From contig CM082596.2 in assembly GCA_040954595.2 (NCBI GenBank), positions 3,775,025 through 3,839,024 on the forward strand: DNA of 64,000 nt, given 5' to 3'. Origin of the DNA: Balanoglossus misakiensis. Lineage: Eukaryota; Animalia; Hemichordata. The notes beneath the pieces were generated by a model. The model was not told the origin of the DNA, did no database searches, and saw only the letters and a list, made by a program, of their open reading frames with translations. Every line of letters begins with the position of its first letter. The stretch's first letter is position 1. Below are positions 60,353 to 64,000 of the stretch, in pieces. A program made the position numbers and the translations under genes.

Positions 60353-61332
60353 ACCTTGCAGCTGTGAAACGATGCATTCGCAGCATGAATCATTTCACCA
60401 AAGCCGATTGTTTTCAGTAGTGATTCAGACCTCACTACAGACAATGGAAGACAACAAGACAAAGTTGAATCTGAACATTGAATTTAATGAAACTTCTAAT
60501 GAGTATATGTACAAAATGCATTACTTTTTCTAAATTATTACATTTACAATTAAAAAATGTGTATATAACTGATCTTCTTCCCCTTGTCTTAAAAAGATTA
60601 ATAGTAAAAGCTGACTATATCACTTCGTTGCAAAGTTAAGAGAAATGTCTGACAATATAACCCAAAAAGTGTAAATTGTTTTCCCTTCATACCGTTTATG
60701 CTCCAGGTAACAAATAAAGCGCATTCTGGACATGACCTTCACTTCCATGGCTTTGATGTTGAATTTGATCAAAGTCCTCACTATTAATGAGATGTACATT
60801 TAAATTAAACAAAGGTCAGGCTTGACATCAATTCACACAAGGTCAGGTCAAAGGGGTCACACTGGGTCGGATATAAGGATAGATTTGTAATTCGAAGTAC
60901 GGATTAGGATACTGTTTTGAATTTGTGCATACATGAATTACCATATCATACAAACTCAAAACTTCTCTTGTTCAGAATACTGCAGTTGAGGACACAGCAA
61001 CTTGAACTTGTCACAATCCAAGTGTGAAATGAAATATAATATTGTCAGATTGTCATTTCTGAACTATATAATGCATCAACAATTCTGTACATTTTTATTA
61101 TTTTGCGAAAAATTATAATTACAGAAGAATTCTCTTCAGTCTCTTTTTTTTACCCATTTCAACCCCTTAACAAAATTATTTGTTCTTCATTTGGATACAT
61201 GGAAGAAACCAATACACAAAATACAGGGATGATTGCAACCTTTGTATTATATGATCTTTGGCCTCCAGTACACGAATGTGGACGGAAAGGGATGTTATAC
61301 AAAGCTGAAAGGCAACGATGTTCTTAATCTAA

Positions 61333-61878
61333 TCAAACGACCAACTCTAACTGCTGGGTTGGTATATGAGTTTTGTGTGCACTTTCTCTCTTGGGTCGAT
61401 TGCTGTCAACTTTGGCTGGAACTTTTTCAAACCTATGAAAAGAAAAAAAGAGGGATGAATTATTATACATGTAGATATATCACAGTTGTGTGATTTTCAA
61501 GTTTCTAACCTTGCGACCTGAATCTGTATGACTGAGCTGAGGTAACAAACTGCAAAATGCTATAACACTCACTTGCTAAGCTTAAACAGTTTTTCCTCTT
61601 CAGAGTGTGGATGATGTTCGTGCTCTGTCTTTTCTGTTGTCCTGGCAACAGGTCGTCTGTGTGGTCTCTGTGAGGCACCCTGTTGGCCCTCGAGAGGTCG
61701 GCCGAATATGTCCTGGTATTCCGACTTCTCGGCGTTCTGCTGTGTCAGCTTCGTCTTTTGTTCCATCTGCCGTTTCTGCATTCCATAATAGCTCTCCCTC
61801 TCCTTCATCCACTCTTGCTGGTAGCCCATACTCAGTAGCTTGCCGAACATGACTGGCTCGCCTTCGTTTACATGTGGC
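61333..61878 (-). CDS. Last two coding exons of an unidentified gene (possibly a CFAP77-like ciliary protein); upstream exons not resolved
   Basis: Exon 61878-61573 (RPHVNEGEPVMFGKLLSMGYQQEWMKER...EEKLFKLS) splices in frame to 61432-61333 (KFEKVPAKVDSNR...*) with canonical splice sites. The family assignment is only a weak resemblance. Confidence 0.6.
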
Positions 61879-64000
61879 CTGTAAAAACACATTATTTGCG
61901 ATATTTACAACAGTGGAGGGTTCAAAGGAAAGGAAGACATGAGAGTTAGATTGCAACGCAAGGCCAAGGGTTTGCAGCAGTAGGAATCACAATCATTTTT
62001 CTCAAGTAGATAAAAGCATAGAATCAGCATAGAATTTTCAAGCCCAGAGTAAGCAGGTGGCGAAGCAGTTGGGTAACTTGTGGACCACCTCCTCTATAGG
62101 TCTTTGTCCATAGATGTTTGATCTAACTTGCTTTAAATGAAATGCAAACAGCCTGAAGTCATTATGCATGGCTAACTTCTTCAGCACCACACACAGTACT
62201 CAAGAGGTGCTGTGTTTTTTACCCTGCTTTGTAAAAATACACCAGTGTAATGGGCTACTCAACGCAAACAGGTTCAAAATGACAAACATCAATCTCTTCT
62301 ACATTGAAGACACAACTTATGTTATTTCCATCAAATCCTTCCATGTATTTTCTCTTTAGATCATATGTGGGATCAAAATGGTACCTTCACAATTTGAGTT
62401 TTAGTCGAGAAGCCTTCACAAGGTTGTGTTGGTGGGGGAGTGACGATCTCAGCTTCTAATGAAATAAAAATTCTAGCTCTAAAATTTGGTATCCCTGGTG
62501 CACTCAAATTACTTTTGTCCCCAAGAGACATGATAAATGTCAGCACATTTCTGACGACCATCACAACCACGGAATGCCTCAGCTATAACTTCCCCACTTT
62601 CTCATTATCCAGCAGATGTTCAAACCACACATTCAGCCACACAAAGGCCTCATATTTCTGTTGAGCAAACCAACAATTAGTTTACCTGTAAAGTCTCGTC
62701 ACACCTGTTTCAAAATAATCAGCTTAAAATTCTCTCTTTATAGTTTCTTTTCAATGTACACATATTTTTTTGTCGGTAAGATTTTTTTGAACAATGTAGA
62801 AAACTATTATTCCTCTGGCATGGAACTTTAAGCTTCATCAGGCAAATATTAGTTATTTGGAAGAAGAAATCCACTCACACCCACAAACTATTATGATCTT
62901 TCTTCAAGCATTCCTGTGTATCCTGAGTGTAAGGATATGATGGTATTTTTGTGACATTCAACTTCTAATCTTGCAGAGCCGTAATCTTAATTAAATTTTT
63001 CAGTTTACAGTGACAGTCACATTCTCAGTATGTTGTGAACTGCAAGGGGAATATCTCTACTTCTTATGTTGAGAAAATGACTGGTGATCAAATTTCAAGC
63101 AGTCGCCCTTCGTCCATTTTGTAGAACACATACCTATACCCACTCCTATGGGCAATGACTGCTTCTATTGAATTAGATAAACTGCCATGTCTAATGAGCA
63201 TGCATGGTTAGCAATGCCTTGAGGCTGCATATGCCAACCCTTTGTTGTGATCGGCCAGTCGCTATGGAAATGAGCCTTGCTGCCATGGAAACAAGCCATG
63301 TTGCTCAGAGCAGGTGTAAACAAGCGAAGTTCTTGACAGAAGAGAATCGTGTCATACATGGAAAGACAAAGCAATAGATTTGGAGGGTAAAAAACAGTGT
63401 GTTTTCCCTTCAGGATTATTTGATTTCTGAAGGTTAAACCAAGAATGACCACAGTTATTTGTGTATCTGGGTTTCTTTAATCCCGTACACAGCTCAAGGT
63501 GTTTCTTTCTTCTGTTCAGTTTACAAATTCTCGCTCTTTATAAAGACAAAAAATTTCCACTTGTTTCTGAATTTGAAGTCTCTCGTTGGTGGATTTCAAA
63601 ACTGTGGTCATTCTTTGAAACATTGCTCATGTATTTGCAACAATGGAACGCCCGTGAATACAGCCCATGCCATGAAAATGTAAAGTTTGCAAAATGGGGA
63701 CTTTTCAGTGATGAAGTTGCCAATCACCTTTTCCACCCATACATCCTTGCACAAATGGAATAATCCACCATGTAGACATTGAAGGACCATACCATTATGC
63801 AAGGAATAGGGAGTGACAAGGTCAATTTTATCAATGTCAATGCATGAATGCAAGAATAATTTCCACTCCAAGAACACCACACTCCAATGAAGGTGATTTC
63901 TTTAAACTTGGAGGCAAGGATTGGGGAGAGGGAGAGGAAAGGGTTCATAATTTGATTTTCAATGAGCTGGGCTGCATGCTTCCAAATCTCTGGGTTCACT

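Noticed and set aside
62150-64000. Coding-like fragments on both strands (decayed TE or pseudogene?)
   Set aside because: Many stops in all frames, and no RT, transposase or other domain motif I can recognise.

Overview
This is intron-rich, AT-rich eukaryotic DNA from a metazoan invertebrate, probably a marine deuterostome such as a hemichordate or echinoderm (inference from gene content only). Stitching exons across GT-AG introns gives 11 protein-coding genes in order: the 5' end of SESTD1 (-), an unusual two-exon LRR-caspase fusion (+), RPS26 (-), a nearly intronless RanGAP1 (-), inversin/INVS (+), a tandem-RA-domain + PDZ protein (+), a JHAMT-like SAM methyltransferase (-), a dermatopontin/HAAF-like secreted protein (-), BBS9 (-), NT5C3 (+, head-to-head with BBS9), and the 3' exons of an unidentified gene (-). 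A family of ~90-bp piggyBac-like MITEs recurs across the window, mostly in introns. The best candidate for an undescribed system is the 766-aa LRR-caspase: about 10 LRRs, a repetitive linker and coiled coil, and an intact QACQG caspase with no death-fold prodomain, preceded by ISRE-like and NF-kB-like motifs. The second highlight is a cluster of frame-preserving cassette exons and microexons surrounded by nine UGCAUG (Rbfox) motifs in a BBS9 intron. All gene names come from remembered sequence similarity; no database search was run.
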